From positions 1,519 to 65,518 of the forward strand of contig DATKDT010000073.1 of NCBI GenBank assembly GCA_035512575.1: DNA of 64,000 nt, in the 5' to 3' direction. Within the stretch, counting starts at the first letter, position 1. Every line of letters begins with the position of its first letter. Made by a program: the position numbers and the translations under genes. This DNA comes from Vicinamibacterales bacterium (GTDB lineage: Bacteria; Acidobacteriota; Vicinamibacteria; Vicinamibacterales; SCN-69-37). Shown piece after piece: positions 22,371-33,600 of this stretch. A model generated the notes under the pieces. The model was not told the origin of the DNA, searched no databases, and was given only the letters and a program-made list of their open reading frames with translations.

Positions 22371-22946
22371 CGCGCGGCGTGCTGCTCGAGAGTGTCGCGC
22401 TGCCGTGGCTGCTGTTGACGGTGGCGTTGCTGGCCGGCCTGCGCGTGACGGAAGCGGGGGAGCTGAGGTTCCTGGTGCCGCCGCTGCCGTCGCTCGTGGC
22501 GATGCTGCTGCTGATGATGGTGCTCGTGCAGAGCGGCATCGTGCATCCCTGGCTGTTGATGGGCGAGCAGCGGACCGCGCTCGAGAATCTGAGCGGCATG
22601 ATGGTGCTGGCCGCGCTGGCCGCGGCCTCAGCGCAGGTGGTGTCGGCCGTCACCCCCGAGGCCGGGCTGCCGCTGGTGCTGGGTGTGATCTTCCTGTTCG
22701 CGCTGTTCGTGAACACGCTCGCGGCCCGTCCGGGCCGGCAGCACGCCATGCGCGCGCTCTTCGTCGCGTTCTTCGCGGCGTTCACCGTGAAGTTCATCGT
22801 GCTCGACGCGCTCTACGCTCCGGACCGGAGCCTGGGCGGGCGGCTGCTGACGGGGTTGCTCGAGGGCGTCACGCTCGGCACGCTCGACCACGTCGTGTGG
22901 GGAGCGGCCACCGGCTACGTGACGTTCTTCGCGGTGGTGTTGTATT

Positions 22947-23896
<950 letters not shown>

Positions 23897-23897
<1 letters not shown>

Positions 23898-25339
23898 TAC
23901 GCCGCTTTCTGGAATCCGCGAAACAGCGTGAGCCACATGATCTTGATGTCGAGGCCGACCGACCAGTTCTCGATGTAGTAAAGGTCGTATTCGATGCGCT
24001 TCTCGAGCGACGTGTTGCCGCGCCAGCCGTTGACCTGCGCCCAGCCGGTGATGCCGGCCTTCACCTTGTGGCGCAGCATGTACTGCGGGATGCGGTGCTT
24101 GAACTGCTCGACGAAGAACGGGCGCTCAGGGCGCGGGCCGACAATCGACATGTCGCCCTTCAGCACGTTCCAGAACTGCGGCAGTTCGTCCATGTCGAAG
24201 CGCCGCAGCCAGCGTCCCACCGCCGTCGCGCGCGGGTCGTCGTCGCGCGCCCAGACGGGCCCGGTGACTTCCTCGGCGTTGATCGGCATCGACCGGAACT
24301 TCCAGACGTGGAAGGCCTTACCGTCGAGCCCCATGCGTTCCTGGCGGTAGAAGGCGGGGCCGGGCGAGCTCTTCTTGATGAGCAGCGCGATGATGCCGAA
24401 GGGAATCGCGAGCAGCGCGAGGACGGCGCTGCTGAGCGCAATGTCGATCATCCGCTTGATGACGGCGTTGACACCGCGCAGCGGCACTTCGTGGATGCTG
24501 ATGATCGGCACGCCGTCGAGATCCTCGAGGCGGGCGCGCAGCGTCAGGAACTCGAGCAGGTCGGGCACGACGTGCACGTCGATGAATTCGCGGCTCGCGT
24601 ACTCGATGATGCCGAGCATCTTGACGTGCTCGTCGAGCGGCAGCGCGACGTAGATCTGATCGATGCTCTCGCGCGCGCAGACGTCGGGCGTCTCGGCGAG
24701 CGAGCCCAGCACGGGCAGGCCGCGATAGCCGATGCGGTCTCCGGTGGAGTGGTCGTCGACGAAGCCAATGACGCGGAAGCCGAGCTCGCCGTGCTCGAGA
24801 ATCTTGTCGGCGACAATGCGGGCGAGATCGCCGGCGCCCGCGATGAGCACGCGCTTGAGGCCGATGCCCCGGCGGAAGCGGCTCTCGAGCACCCGCCGCA
24901 CCACTTCGCGCGACAGGTACGTGAGCGAGACGTTCAGAACCAGAAACATTGCCCAGACCGGCTGCGAGATTTCGAGCAGGCCCTGATCTTTCGCCGCTTC
25001 CGACAGGTAGTAGGTCTGGACGAACAGGGTGCCGCCCACGCCAAGCACGACGGCGACGATGGAGCCGACGAAGACCGAGAAGAACTCGTCGACGCGCGAG
25101 CGGCCGCGCCGGAGCCGGTAGACGCCCTGCAGCTGAAACGCGGCGGGCACAAGGAGCCCGATGAAGGGCGCCAGCATCAAGTACTGCTCGAGCGGCGGAT
25201 AGCCCTTGGTGACGGGCACCAGGCTTTCCAGCGGAGAGTAGAAGCGAATGAGGTAGGCGAGCAGGAACGCCGACATCGCCAGGAACGCGTCGCCCGCCAC
25301 GTGCAGCCCGATGAGCAGCTGGTTGTGACGCTTTAACAC
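23897..25339 (-). CDS. polyprenyl-phosphate glycosyl-1-phosphate transferase (WbaP/EpsB-type initiating sugar transferase)
   Basis: N-terminal TM bundle and a central Rossmann-like region. C-terminal bacterial sugar transferase motifs [30 protein letters not shown] and GITGWAQV. Confidence 0.9.
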
Positions 25340-26469
25340 TGTCCAGTTCCAGTTCCAGTGCTCAGTTCACGGCCCGAGTGCCGCGCGAGCGTGTCGTCGA
25401 CGATGGCGGTGAAGCCGGTCGCGAACGCTGCCGCCGAGAAACGCTCGGCATTGGCGCGCAATGTCGCGCGGTCCCAGTTGATGCCTTCGGCGCGCGCGAG
25501 GCCGTTGGCAAAGGCCTCGGCCGTCGGCTCGGCGACGTGAACGCCCGTCGCGCCGTCGGTCACCGTCTCGAGCGCGCCGCCGCGGGCGAGCGCGACGACC
25601 GGCGTGCCGCAGGCCTGGGCCTCCACCGGCACGATGCCGAAGTCTTCCTCGCCCGGCAGGAGCACGGCGTGGGCCGCGCGATACAGGTCGCGAATCTCCT
25701 CGTCCGAGGCGGCGCCGGTGAACGTGACCGAGCCATCCGCGCGCCGTTCGAGGCGCGCGCGGTCGGGGCCGTCGCCGGCGACGACCAGCGGCCGGCCGAG
25801 CTGCCGGCAGGCATCGATGGCAAGTTCCACGCGCTTGTAAGGCACCAGGGCTGACACGATCAGATAGTGAGTCCGGGGCCGGGCCGCATCCGGCGTAAAG
25901 AAGTCCGTTTGGACGGGCGGATAAACGACGCTGGCCACGCGATTATAGTATCGGCCGATCCTGCCCGCAACATATTGAGAGTTAGCCACATAGCGGTCCA
26001 CGCGGCCTTCGGTGGCCCGATCCCACTGCGCCAGCCAGGCCATGACCCGCCGCAGCCCGGCTGAGGCGGGCCGTCCCACGCGCGCCTGGCCGAAGTAGGC
26101 CTCGAACTGGTCCCAGGCGTAGCGCATGGGGGAATGGCAGTAGCAGACGTGGGCGGTCCGGCCGGGGACGACCACCGATTTGGCGGCGCAATGACTGCTG
26201 CTGATGACCAGGTCGACATCATCGAAGCCGAACTGCTCGACGGCAAACGGGAACAGCGGCAGATACTCGCGATAGCGCGAGGCCGACAGCGGCAGCCGGT
26301 CGACAATCGACCGGTGCACGCGCCGTCCCTCGATGACCGGCGACACCGATCCCCGGCGGTGCACGAGCGTGTAGAGCTCGGCGCCGGGGAACAGCCCGAA
26401 GACGGCCTCGAGCACCTTCTCGCCGCCCCGCATCCCCGTCAGCCAGTCGTGCACGACGGCTACGCGCAT
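25333..26469 (-). CDS. glycosyltransferase family 4
   Basis: GT-B fold, GT4-type C-terminal motif EEDFGIVPVEAQACGTPVVA. The C-terminus carries GTGTG encoded by the ccagtt hexamer repeat (25343-25360). Confidence 0.8.
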   Translation of the reverse strand: MRVAVVHDWLTGMRGGEKVLEAVFGLFPGAELYTLVHRRGSVSPVIEGRRVHRSIVDRLPLSASRYREYLPLFPFAVEQFGFDDVDLVISSSHCAAKSVVVPGRTAHVCYCHSPMRYAWDQFEAYFGQARVGRPASAGLRRVMAWLAQWDRATEGRVDRYVANSQYVAGRIGRYYNRVASVVYPPVQTDFFTPDAARPRTHYLIVSALVPYKRVELAIDACRQLGRPLVVAGDGPDRARLERRADGSVTFTGAASDEEIRDLYRAAHAVLLPGEEDFGIVPVEAQACGTPVVALARGGALETVTDGATGVHVAEPTAEAFANGLARAEGINWDRATLRANAERFSAAAFATGFTAIVDDTLARHSGRELSTGTGTGQC

Positions 26470-26541
26470 TAGCGGCGGCTCCTGGGGTGGCGGCCGCGAG
26501 GCGATCGGCGCAACGCCCTTCGGGCTCCGCTTCGACGTCCG

Positions 26542-26624
26542 GTAAAACGATGCTCCGGGCTAACGAATGCGCACGGCAGGGGCCCCGAGACCCTGCCGTG
26601 TGGCTGCCCTGCGCATCGTTTTAC
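26542..26624. repeat. ~83-nt hairpin element, copy 1
   Basis: Outer stem gtaaaacgatgc/gcatcgttttac. Inner stem cacggcaggg/ccctgccgtg around gccccgaga. Homologous to the reverse complement of 26759-26843. Confidence 0.75.
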
Positions 26625-26758
26625 GAACGTCTTGACGGACGTCTCAGAGTCGCCCTCAGAACGTTGCGCCGATCGCACAGCGGCCACGAGCGCAGCGAGC
26701 GCTTGCGGATGGCGCGACAACTGTGCCGCCCGACTTTGAGACAGGCCGCGGGTATCAC

Positions 26759-26843
26759 GAAAAACTGCGCGCAGGGGCATCCTCACGGCTGGGTCTCGGG
26801 GCCCCAGCCGTGCAAGCTCGCTAGCCCCGGAGCGCAGTTTTTC
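26759..26843. repeat. ~85-nt hairpin element, copy 2 (inverted relative to copy 1)
   Basis: Outer stem gaaaaactgcgc/gcgcagtttttc. Inner stem cacggctggg/cccagccgtg. Both stems differ from copy 1 by compensated substitutions. Confidence 0.75.
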
Positions 26844-26905
26844 CGGCCTGTCGAGCAGGAGGGCGGCGCAGTTGTCGCGACATCCGTGTAGCGCGAGCCA
26901 CAGGT

Positions 26906-28018
26906 TCACTGCGACCCGACCTCGAGGTAGACGTCTCTGATACGGCGGACGGAGCGCTCCCACGAGAAGCCGTGCGCGCGGGCGAGGCCCTTCTGCACCA
27001 GCGTGCGGCGCAGCGCCTCGTCCGTGAGAATCCGCTCGGTCGCGGCGGCAATGGCTTCCGCGTCGTGCGGATCGACCAGCAGCGCGGCATCGCCGACCAC
27101 TTCCGGCAGCGACGACACGTTCGACGTCACCACCGGCGTCCCGCTGGCCATCGCCTCGAGCGGCGGCAGCCCGAAGCCTTCATAGAGCGACGGGAACACG
27201 AACACGTCGGCCAGTCTGTAGAGAATCGCGAGCGTGGCATCGGGCACGAACCCGAGAAAGCGCACATGCTTGTGCAGCTGGTGCCGGTGCACGGCGCGGC
27301 GCAGCTGGGGACTCTTCGAGATTTCGTCGCCGATGATGACGAGTTTCAGCCGCTCGAAGCCGCGCTTCTTGAGCCGCGCGAACGCCTCGATCACCCGATC
27401 GACATTCTTGTGCGGCTTGATGTTGCCTGCGTACAGCAGGAACGAGTCGTCGAGCTGATAGCGCTGGCGCACCCGGATGACGTCCTCGGCCTCCGGCGGG
27501 TTGTCGAACGCCGGATCGAGGGCGTTGTAGATGACCTCCACCTTCGACGAGGGGACGTGGAAGAAGCGCAGGATGTCGCGCTTGGACGCCTCCGACACCG
27601 TCAGCACCCGCGCCGACCGCCGCGCCGCGATCGTCATGAACGTCCGCGCGTACGCGTACGCGAGCCTGTTCGGCAGGTACTCCGGAAACATCAGATGAAT
27701 GCAGTCGTGAATCGTCACGACGGCCGGACACGGCAGAAACGGCGGCAGCACGTAGTGCGGCGCATGGAACACCTGCGCGCCCGCGCGTTTGAGCGCCAGC
27801 GGCACCCGGATCTGTTCGGCCACCGAATAGTTACCCGACGGCTCGACGACGGCGCGGAAGTTGTCGCCGAGGGCGCGCACGCTGTCGCAGTCCGACGCGC
27901 GGCAGAGCAGGATGTACTCGTTCTCGCGGTCGATGCGCCCGAGCACGCGCAGCACGTTGCGCACGTAGGTGCCGACGCCGAAGTCGCGCAGCTTCCGCGC
28001 GTCAATCGCTATGCGCAT
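26906..28018 (-). CDS. glycosyltransferase family 4
   Basis: GT4/GT1 motif FVFPSLYEGFGLPPLEAMASGTPVVTSN. Confidence 0.85.
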   Translation of the reverse strand: MRIAIDARKLRDFGVGTYVRNVLRVLGRIDRENEYILLCRASDCDSVRALGDNFRAVVEPSGNYSVAEQIRVPLALKRAGAQVFHAPHYVLPPFLPCPAVVTIHDCIHLMFPEYLPNRLAYAYARTFMTIAARRSARVLTVSEASKRDILRFFHVPSSKVEVIYNALDPAFDNPPEAEDVIRVRQRYQLDDSFLLYAGNIKPHKNVDRVIEAFARLKKRGFERLKLVIIGDEISKSPQLRRAVHRHQLHKHVRFLGFVPDATLAILYRLADVFVFPSLYEGFGLPPLEAMASGTPVVTSNVSSLPEVVGDAALLVDPHDAEAIAAATERILTDEALRRTLVQKGLARAHGFSWERSVRRIRDVYLEVGSQ

Positions 28019-28168
28019 CTCGCAACGCCTCTCAACGCGACGGCCTTCCGCAGGCTTTCCTCACCCTCGCTCACGTACACGCTCGGGTGCGGAAACCTGC
28101 TCACGGCCGTCGCTCCAGCAGCGCCGCTGTGGCCGGGCGTTGCGCACTCGCGCCGAGCACCAGCCTGG

Positions 28169-28996
28169 CTATTCACCGCGCTCCTCGAGCTTGATGCCTT
28201 TGAGGCGCATCCACACGCGCAGCAGCGGCACCCAGCGCGGATCGTGCTTGGCGTAGAAGGCGGCATGGCTGCGATGGTACGCGAGACGGGTGGCCGCCGG
28301 CGCGGCTCGGGCGGATCGGCCGCGCAGGTGCACCACTTCGACCGCCGGCGCGAACAGCATGCGCCCGCCGTCGGCGCGCAGGGCGGCGCAGAAATCCACG
28401 TCTTCCTCGTACATGAAATAGCGCTCGTCGAGCAGCCCCGCCTGTTCCGCGGCGGCGCGCCGCACCAGCAGGCAGGCGCCCGTGACCCAGTCAGGATACG
28501 ACTCGCGCCGTGTCGCGCGCTCGACGAATGCCGTGACGCCGGGCACGCGCCGCATGTAGAGCGCATGCAGCGCCATGCGCCCCAGCTCGCGTCCGGGCGT
28601 GAGCATGCGGCCGAACGACCACTCCGCGCGCCCTTCGCCGTCGACCAGCCGCGGTCCCGCCGCGGCCACGTCCGGCTCGCCGAGCAGCCGCGCGGCCAGG
28701 GCGTCGATGGCGCCGGCCGGCACGATCGTGTCGGAGTTGAGCAGCAGGATTAGCTCGCCGTTTCCCGCGCGAATCCCCGCGTTGTTGGCCGCCGCGAACC
28801 CCGCGTTGCGGCCCATGGCCAGCACCTCGACGTCCGGCCAACCGTCGCGCACGGCCTGGACGCTGCCGTCGGTCGAGGCGTTGTCCACCACGATGATGTG
28901 GTGCGGCAGCGACGGCGGCGCCGCATGCAGCGAATAAAGGCACCGCTCCAGATCCGCCCGCGCGTTGTAGCTGACGATGATGATGTCGAGCGTCAT
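28169..28996 (-). CDS. glycosyltransferase family 2
   Basis: In-frame ATG at 28996 (MTLDIIIVSYNARADLERCL). GT2 motifs VVDNASTDGS and LLLNSDT. ATGA overlap with the upstream GT4. The upstream extension of ORF 28169-29344 is Arg/Gly-rich and overlaps the neighbouring gene. Confidence 0.85.
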   Translation of the reverse strand: MTLDIIIVSYNARADLERCLYSLHAAPPSLPHHIIVVDNASTDGSVQAVRDGWPDVEVLAMGRNAGFAAANNAGIRAGNGELILLLNSDTIVPAGAIDALAARLLGEPDVAAAGPRLVDGEGRAEWSFGRMLTPGRELGRMALHALYMRRVPGVTAFVERATRRESYPDWVTGACLLVRRAAAEQAGLLDERYFMYEEDVDFCAALRADGGRMLFAPAVEVVHLRGRSARAAPAATRLAYHRSHAAFYAKHDPRWVPLLRVWMRLKGIKLEERGE

Positions 28997-30090
28997 CGGG
29001 CGGCCTCGCGCAGCACCTGCAGGGTGGCGGCCGCCGCGCGGGGCCAGTCGTAGCGCCCCCACATCGGTTCCGCGCGCGCGACGATGGCCGCGCGCTCGCC
29101 GGGATCGCCGAGCAGCCGCGAGAGCGCCGCGGCGGTGCCCGCGATGTCGCCCTGGCGCACGTAGACGGCCGCGTCGCCGTACACCTCGCGCGCCACCGGC
29201 GTGTCGAGCATCACCGACGGCACGGCGTGCGCCAGCGCCTCGAACGGGGTGAGGGCGAAGCCTTCGTACTCCGACAGGAACGCGCCAACCGACGCGCGCG
29301 ACAACGCGTCGGTAATCCGCGCGCTCGGCGGGCTCTCGAGCCACGTGATGCGCGACGCCACGCCGGAGGCCGCGATGAGCCCGGCGAGATCCTGGTGCGG
29401 CCAGGTGCGGTTGGCGCCCGCAATCAGCAGGCGGGCCTCGGGATGCTCCCCGGCCGCCGCCGCGAACGCGGCAATCAGGTCGGGCACGTGCCGGCGGTTG
29501 AAGATCGATCCCACGAACACGACGAGCGGATCGCGCGCGTCGATGGGGATCGGCGCGCCGTGCCGCGTCGGAGCGCCGGGCGGAATCATCCGAATCCGGC
29601 CGCGCGGGACGCCGAGGCGCGCTTCGATTTCACCCGCCGAGAACTCGGACACCGTGATGACGGCTTTCGCGCGCCGCGCCGATCGCGGCGTGATGAAATT
29701 CCGCCGCACCCGCTCCAGCGGCCTGAACCATTCGGGATGCGCCGCGAACGACACGTCGTGAATGACGACGACCGTGGGAAGGCTGGTGCGGAGGGGGGCG
29801 GAATAGCCTGGCGCGAAGAGGACGTCGGCCATCGCCCCGGCGGCCCCTCCCGGCAGCGTCAGCTGCTCCCACAGCGTGCCGCCCGTGCGGTCCGGCCGCA
29901 CGATGAGATGCGCGCGATCCGCCTCGGGCAGCGCACTGACCTCCGGCGAGAGCTCGCGATGGGCGACGAGCGACACGCGCACATCGTCCCGCGGCAACCA
30001 CTCGCGGAGGAGGTTGAGCAGGTACACGCCGACGCCGGTGACGTGGCCGGCCAGCTCGCGGGCGTCGACGGCGATGTGCAGCGGCGTCAT
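28993..30090 (-). CDS. glycosyltransferase family 4
   Basis: GT4 motif FLSEYEGFALTPFEALAHAVPSV. ATGA overlaps on both sides. Confidence 0.8.
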   Translation of the reverse strand: MTPLHIAVDARELAGHVTGVGVYLLNLLREWLPRDDVRVSLVAHRELSPEVSALPEADRAHLIVRPDRTGGTLWEQLTLPGGAAGAMADVLFAPGYSAPLRTSLPTVVVIHDVSFAAHPEWFRPLERVRRNFITPRSARRAKAVITVSEFSAGEIEARLGVPRGRIRMIPPGAPTRHGAPIPIDARDPLVVFVGSIFNRRHVPDLIAAFAAAAGEHPEARLLIAGANRTWPHQDLAGLIAASGVASRITWLESPPSARITDALSRASVGAFLSEYEGFALTPFEALAHAVPSVMLDTPVAREVYGDAAVYVRQGDIAGTAAALSRLLGDPGERAAIVARAEPMWGRYDWPRAAAATLQVLREAAR

Positions 30091-31199
30091 GAGGCTGGCG
30101 GTTCGGCCGCGGCGGCGCGATAGGCCTCGATGAGACGGGTGGCGCTCCCGGTCCAGGAGTAGCGCGCGGCGCGCTCGCGGCCGGCGGCGGAAAGCCGCGC
30201 ACGCGCGGCCGGGTCGAACGCGGCCGTCAGCAGCGCGCGGGCCAGCGCATCGGCGTCCTCCGGATCGACCAGCAGTCCGGCATCGCCGACCAGCTCGGGA
30301 AGCGAGCCGCGATTGGCGGCGACGACCGGCACGCCGGCAGCCATGGCTTCGAGCGCGGTCAGGCCGAAACCCTCGTGGAAGGACGGCACGACCAGCGCCG
30401 CCGCATCCGCGTAGAGCGCCTGACGCTCCGTGTCGCTGACGTAGCCGAGATGCCTGACGCGGTCCTTGAAGGGCGCATCGAGCAGGCGCGCGAGCACGGG
30501 GCCCGCTTCAGGCGTGGCGCGCCCGGCCAGCACGAGCGGCAGCGCATCTGGCACCAAGGCCAGCACGCGCGCCCACGCGTCGAGCAGCCCGCCGACGTTC
30601 TTGCGCGGCTCGATGGTGCCGAGAAACAGCACGTGCCGTTTCGGCGTGTCGTGTCGCAGGGCCGCCGCCCAGCCGGGCGCGCCGGCGGGGCAGAGCACCA
30701 CGCGGGCGGCGTTCACTCCCAGCCGGCGCTCCACGTCGGCAGCCGTCGCCTGCGAGGAGACGACCACGCGCGACGCGCGCCTGGCGTGCGCGCGGGCGAG
30801 CGCGGGATAGTCGCGGCGGATCTCGCGCGCGGTGCGCTCAGGATGCTCCAGGAAGTCGAGGTCGTGAATCGTGACGAAGCGCGCGCCGCGGCGCGCCGGC
30901 GTCAGCAGCGGATGCGCGCTGTGGACGACGTCGAAGCTGCGGCCGGCCAGGCGCTCTACCGGCGGCCATTCGAGGCGGTGCCACGCGTAATTGAGCAGCG
31001 TCACGGGCACGCGGCGATCGACGATCCGGGCGCCCGGCACCGCCGCGGGATCGAGACGATCGCGCCAGGATGCCGAGAAGAGCGTGAGGCTGTCGCCGGC
31101 GTCGAACGCCGCCGCCACGTGGCGCGCCAGCTCGTGCACGTACTCCCCGACCCCCGATCGCTCGCGCAGAGCGGGGCGATAATCCATCACCGCGTGCAT
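30087..31199 (-). CDS. glycosyltransferase family 4 (first gene of the leftward EPS operon)
   Basis: GT4 motif VVPSFHEGFGLTALEAMAAGVPVVAANRGSLPE. Confidence 0.8.
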   Translation of the reverse strand: MHAVMDYRPALRERSGVGEYVHELARHVAAAFDAGDSLTLFSASWRDRLDPAAVPGARIVDRRVPVTLLNYAWHRLEWPPVERLAGRSFDVVHSAHPLLTPARRGARFVTIHDLDFLEHPERTAREIRRDYPALARAHARRASRVVVSSQATAADVERRLGVNAARVVLCPAGAPGWAAALRHDTPKRHVLFLGTIEPRKNVGGLLDAWARVLALVPDALPLVLAGRATPEAGPVLARLLDAPFKDRVRHLGYVSDTERQALYADAAALVVPSFHEGFGLTALEAMAAGVPVVAANRGSLPELVGDAGLLVDPEDADALARALLTAAFDPAARARLSAAGRERAARYSWTGSATRLIEAYRAAAAEPPAS

Positions 31200-31222
31200 C
31201 TAACTCCTTTGCTGTCTGTAGT

Positions 31223-31252
31223 TTGACACGGTTCAGGCGGGAATGGTAAGGT
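31223..31252 (+). promoter_or_regulatory. candidate sigma-70-type promoter for ugd operon in divergent intergenic region
   Basis: TTGACA (31223-31228), an 18-nt spacer, then TAAGGT (31247-31252), about 34 nt upstream of ATG 31286. Pattern match only. Confidence 0.25.
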
Positions 31253-31285
31253 GAGGAGTTTTATCCGGCCTTTTAAGGACGTTTC

Positions 31286-32590
31286 ATGAAAATCGCGGTT
31301 GTCGGGACAGGATACGTCGGCCTCGTGGTTGGCGCCTGCCTCGCTGAGAACGGCAACGACGTCGTCTGCGTCGACAAGGATGCCGCCAAGGTCCGCGCGC
31401 TGCAGCGCGGCCGAATCCCCATCTATGAGCCCGGCCTCGAGGAATACGTCAAGCGCAATCGCGCCGAGAAGCGGCTCGAGTTCACGACGGCGCTGCCGCG
31501 CGCGGTGCGCGCGGCCGAGGTCATCTTCATCGCGGTCGGCACGCCGATGGGCGAGGACGGATCGGCCGACCTGCAGCACGTGCTCGGCGTCGCGCGGGAA
31601 ATCGCGCGCGCGATGAACGGCTACAAGGTCATCGTCGACAAGAGCACGGTGCCGGTGGGCACCGCCGAGCGCGTCAAGGAAGTCGTCCGCCGCGAAACCA
31701 CGCATCCCTTCAGTGTCGTCAGCAACCCAGAGTTCCTGAAGCAGGGCGCCGCCGTCGACGACTTCATGCGCCCGGATCGCGTCGTCATCGGCGCCGACGA
31801 TCCGCGCGGCGCCGACATCATGACGGCGCTGTACCGCCCGTTCATGCGGACCGGCGCGCCCATCATGATCATGGACACGGCCAGCGCCGAGCTGTGCAAG
31901 TACGCGGCAAACGCGATGCTCGCCACGCGCATCTCGTTCATGAACGAAGTCGCGAACGTGTGCGAGCTGTTCGGCGCCGACGTCGACAAGGTGCGGCTGG
32001 CGATTGCGGCCGACAAGCGCATCGGATCGGCGTTCCTCTTTCCCGGCGTCGGCTACGGCGGCAGCTGTTTCCCGAAGGATGTCAAGGCGCTGATGCACTT
32101 CTCGAGCGCGAAGAAGTACCGCTTCCGCGTGCTCGAGGCGGTCGAGGCGGTCAACGAGCACCAGAAGCTGCGCGTCGTCGAGAAGCTGGAAAAGATCTTC
32201 GGCGCCGGCGGCCTGAAGGGGAAGCGCATCGGCGTCTGGGGGCTGGCGTTCAAGCCCCGCACCGACGACATGCGCGAGGCGCCGTCGATTCCTATCGTCA
32301 ACGGCCTGCTGGCGCGCGGCGCGAAGGTGCAGGTGTTCGATCCGGAGGCGATGCGGATCGCGCGCGGCATCTTCGGCGCGAAGGTGCACTACGCGAAGAA
32401 CGCCTATGACGCGCTGACCGGCGCCGACGCGCTCGCCATCGTCACCGAATGGAACGAGTTCCGCGAGCCGGATCTCGATCGCATGAAGAGTCTGATGAAG
32501 GCGCCGGTGATTGTCGACGGACGCAACCTGTACGACCCGCCGGTGATGCGGGCCAACGGGTTCACGTACCATTCCATCGGACGCGCATGA
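31286..32590 (+). CDS. ugd: UDP-glucose 6-dehydrogenase
   Basis: MKIAVVGTGYVGLV (Rossmann) and the catalytic-Cys region GVGYGGSCFPKDV. The C-terminal UDP-binding domain is also present. Confidence 0.95.
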   Translation: MKIAVVGTGYVGLVVGACLAENGNDVVCVDKDAAKVRALQRGRIPIYEPGLEEYVKRNRAEKRLEFTTALPRAVRAAEVIFIAVGTPMGEDGSADLQHVLGVAREIARAMNGYKVIVDKSTVPVGTAERVKEVVRRETTHPFSVVSNPEFLKQGAAVDDFMRPDRVVIGADDPRGADIMTALYRPFMRTGAPIMIMDTASAELCKYAANAMLATRISFMNEVANVCELFGADVDKVRLAIAADKRIGSAFLFPGVGYGGSCFPKDVKALMHFSSAKKYRFRVLEAVEAVNEHQKLRVVEKLEKIFGAGGLKGKRIGVWGLAFKPRTDDMREAPSIPIVNGLLARGAKVQVFDPEAMRIARGIFGAKVHYAKNAYDALTGADALAIVTEWNEFREPDLDRMKSLMKAPVIVDGRNLYDPPVMRANGFTYHSIGRA

Positions 32591-33600
32591 GCCTGGTGGT
32601 GGTCACCGGCGGCGCGGGCTACGTCGGCAGCCATGCCGTCAAGGCGCTGGCCGCGTCGGGCCGCGACGTCCTCATCGTCGACAACCTGTCGGCCGGGCAT
32701 CGCGAGGCGGTGGCGCGCATTGCCGCCGCGTTTCCCGGCCGCGCGATCGAATTGATCGAGGGCGACACCTCCGACCTGGCGCTGCTCACCAACCTGTTCG
32801 AGCGCGTCGAGCCGGCCGCCGTGATGCACTTCGCGGCATGGCTGTCGGTGCCCGATTCCGTGCGCGACCCGGCAGGCTACTACCGCAACAACGTCATCGG
32901 CACGCTGTCGCTGCTCGAGGCGATGGCCCGCACGGGCGTCTCGCGGCTCGTCTTCTCGTCGACCTGCGCAGTTTTTGGAGAGCCGCGGGCCGTGCCGATC
33001 GACGAGACGCACCCGCGCAGCCCCATCAACGCGTACGGCGACACGAAGCTGGCCATCGAGCGCGCGCTCGGGCACTTCGACACGGCCTACGGCCTCAAGA
33101 GCATCGCGCTGCGGTATTTCAACGCCTCGGGCGCCGACCCGGACGGCCTGCTCGGCGAGGACCATGACCCCGAGATTCACCTGATTCCACGCGCGATCAT
33201 GGCCGCGAACGGCGGGGAGCCGCTGCAGATCTTCGGCGACGACTACCCGACGCCCGACGGCACGTGCCAGCGCGATTTCGTGCACGTCAGCGACCTGGCC
33301 GATGCCCATATGCTGGCGCTTTCGAGGCTGGAGGGGGGCGCCCCCTCCGGGGTCTACAACCTGGGCAATGGAACGCCCATCTCCGTCCGAGAAGTACTAG
33401 ATGCGGTGGAAAGGGTGTCGGGGCGGAAGGTGCCGTTCGTGACGGCGTCGCGGCGGCCGGGCGATCCGGCCAGGCTGGTGGCGTCGAGCGCGCTCGCGCA
33501 CCGCGAACTCGGGTGGCAGCCGCGCCTCGCCTCGATCGACGAGATCGTCGGCACGGCCTGGCGGTGGCACCAGGCGCATCCGCGGGGCTATCAGGGATGA
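32587..33600 (+). CDS. galE: UDP-glucose 4-epimerase
   Basis: In-frame ATG at 32587 (MSLVVVTGGAGYVGSH). FSSTCAVFG, YGDTKLAIE (YxxxK), LRYFNASGADP, and DGTCQRDFVHVSDLA. ATGA overlap with ugd. Confidence 0.9.
   Translation: MSLVVVTGGAGYVGSHAVKALAASGRDVLIVDNLSAGHREAVARIAAAFPGRAIELIEGDTSDLALLTNLFERVEPAAVMHFAAWLSVPDSVRDPAGYYRNNVIGTLSLLEAMARTGVSRLVFSSTCAVFGEPRAVPIDETHPRSPINAYGDTKLAIERALGHFDTAYGLKSIALRYFNASGADPDGLLGEDHDPEIHLIPRAIMAANGGEPLQIFGDDYPTPDGTCQRDFVHVSDLADAHMLALSRLEGGAPSGVYNLGNGTPISVREVLDAVERVSGRKVPFVTASRRPGDPARLVASSALAHRELGWQPRLASIDEIVGTAWRWHQAHPRGYQG

Noticed and set aside
26469-26963. ORFs 26469-26963 (-) and 26487-26891 (+) in the gap between two GT4 genes
   Set aside because: Arg-rich, low-complexity translations that run straight through the two hairpin elements. 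The region is better explained as non-coding structured repeats.
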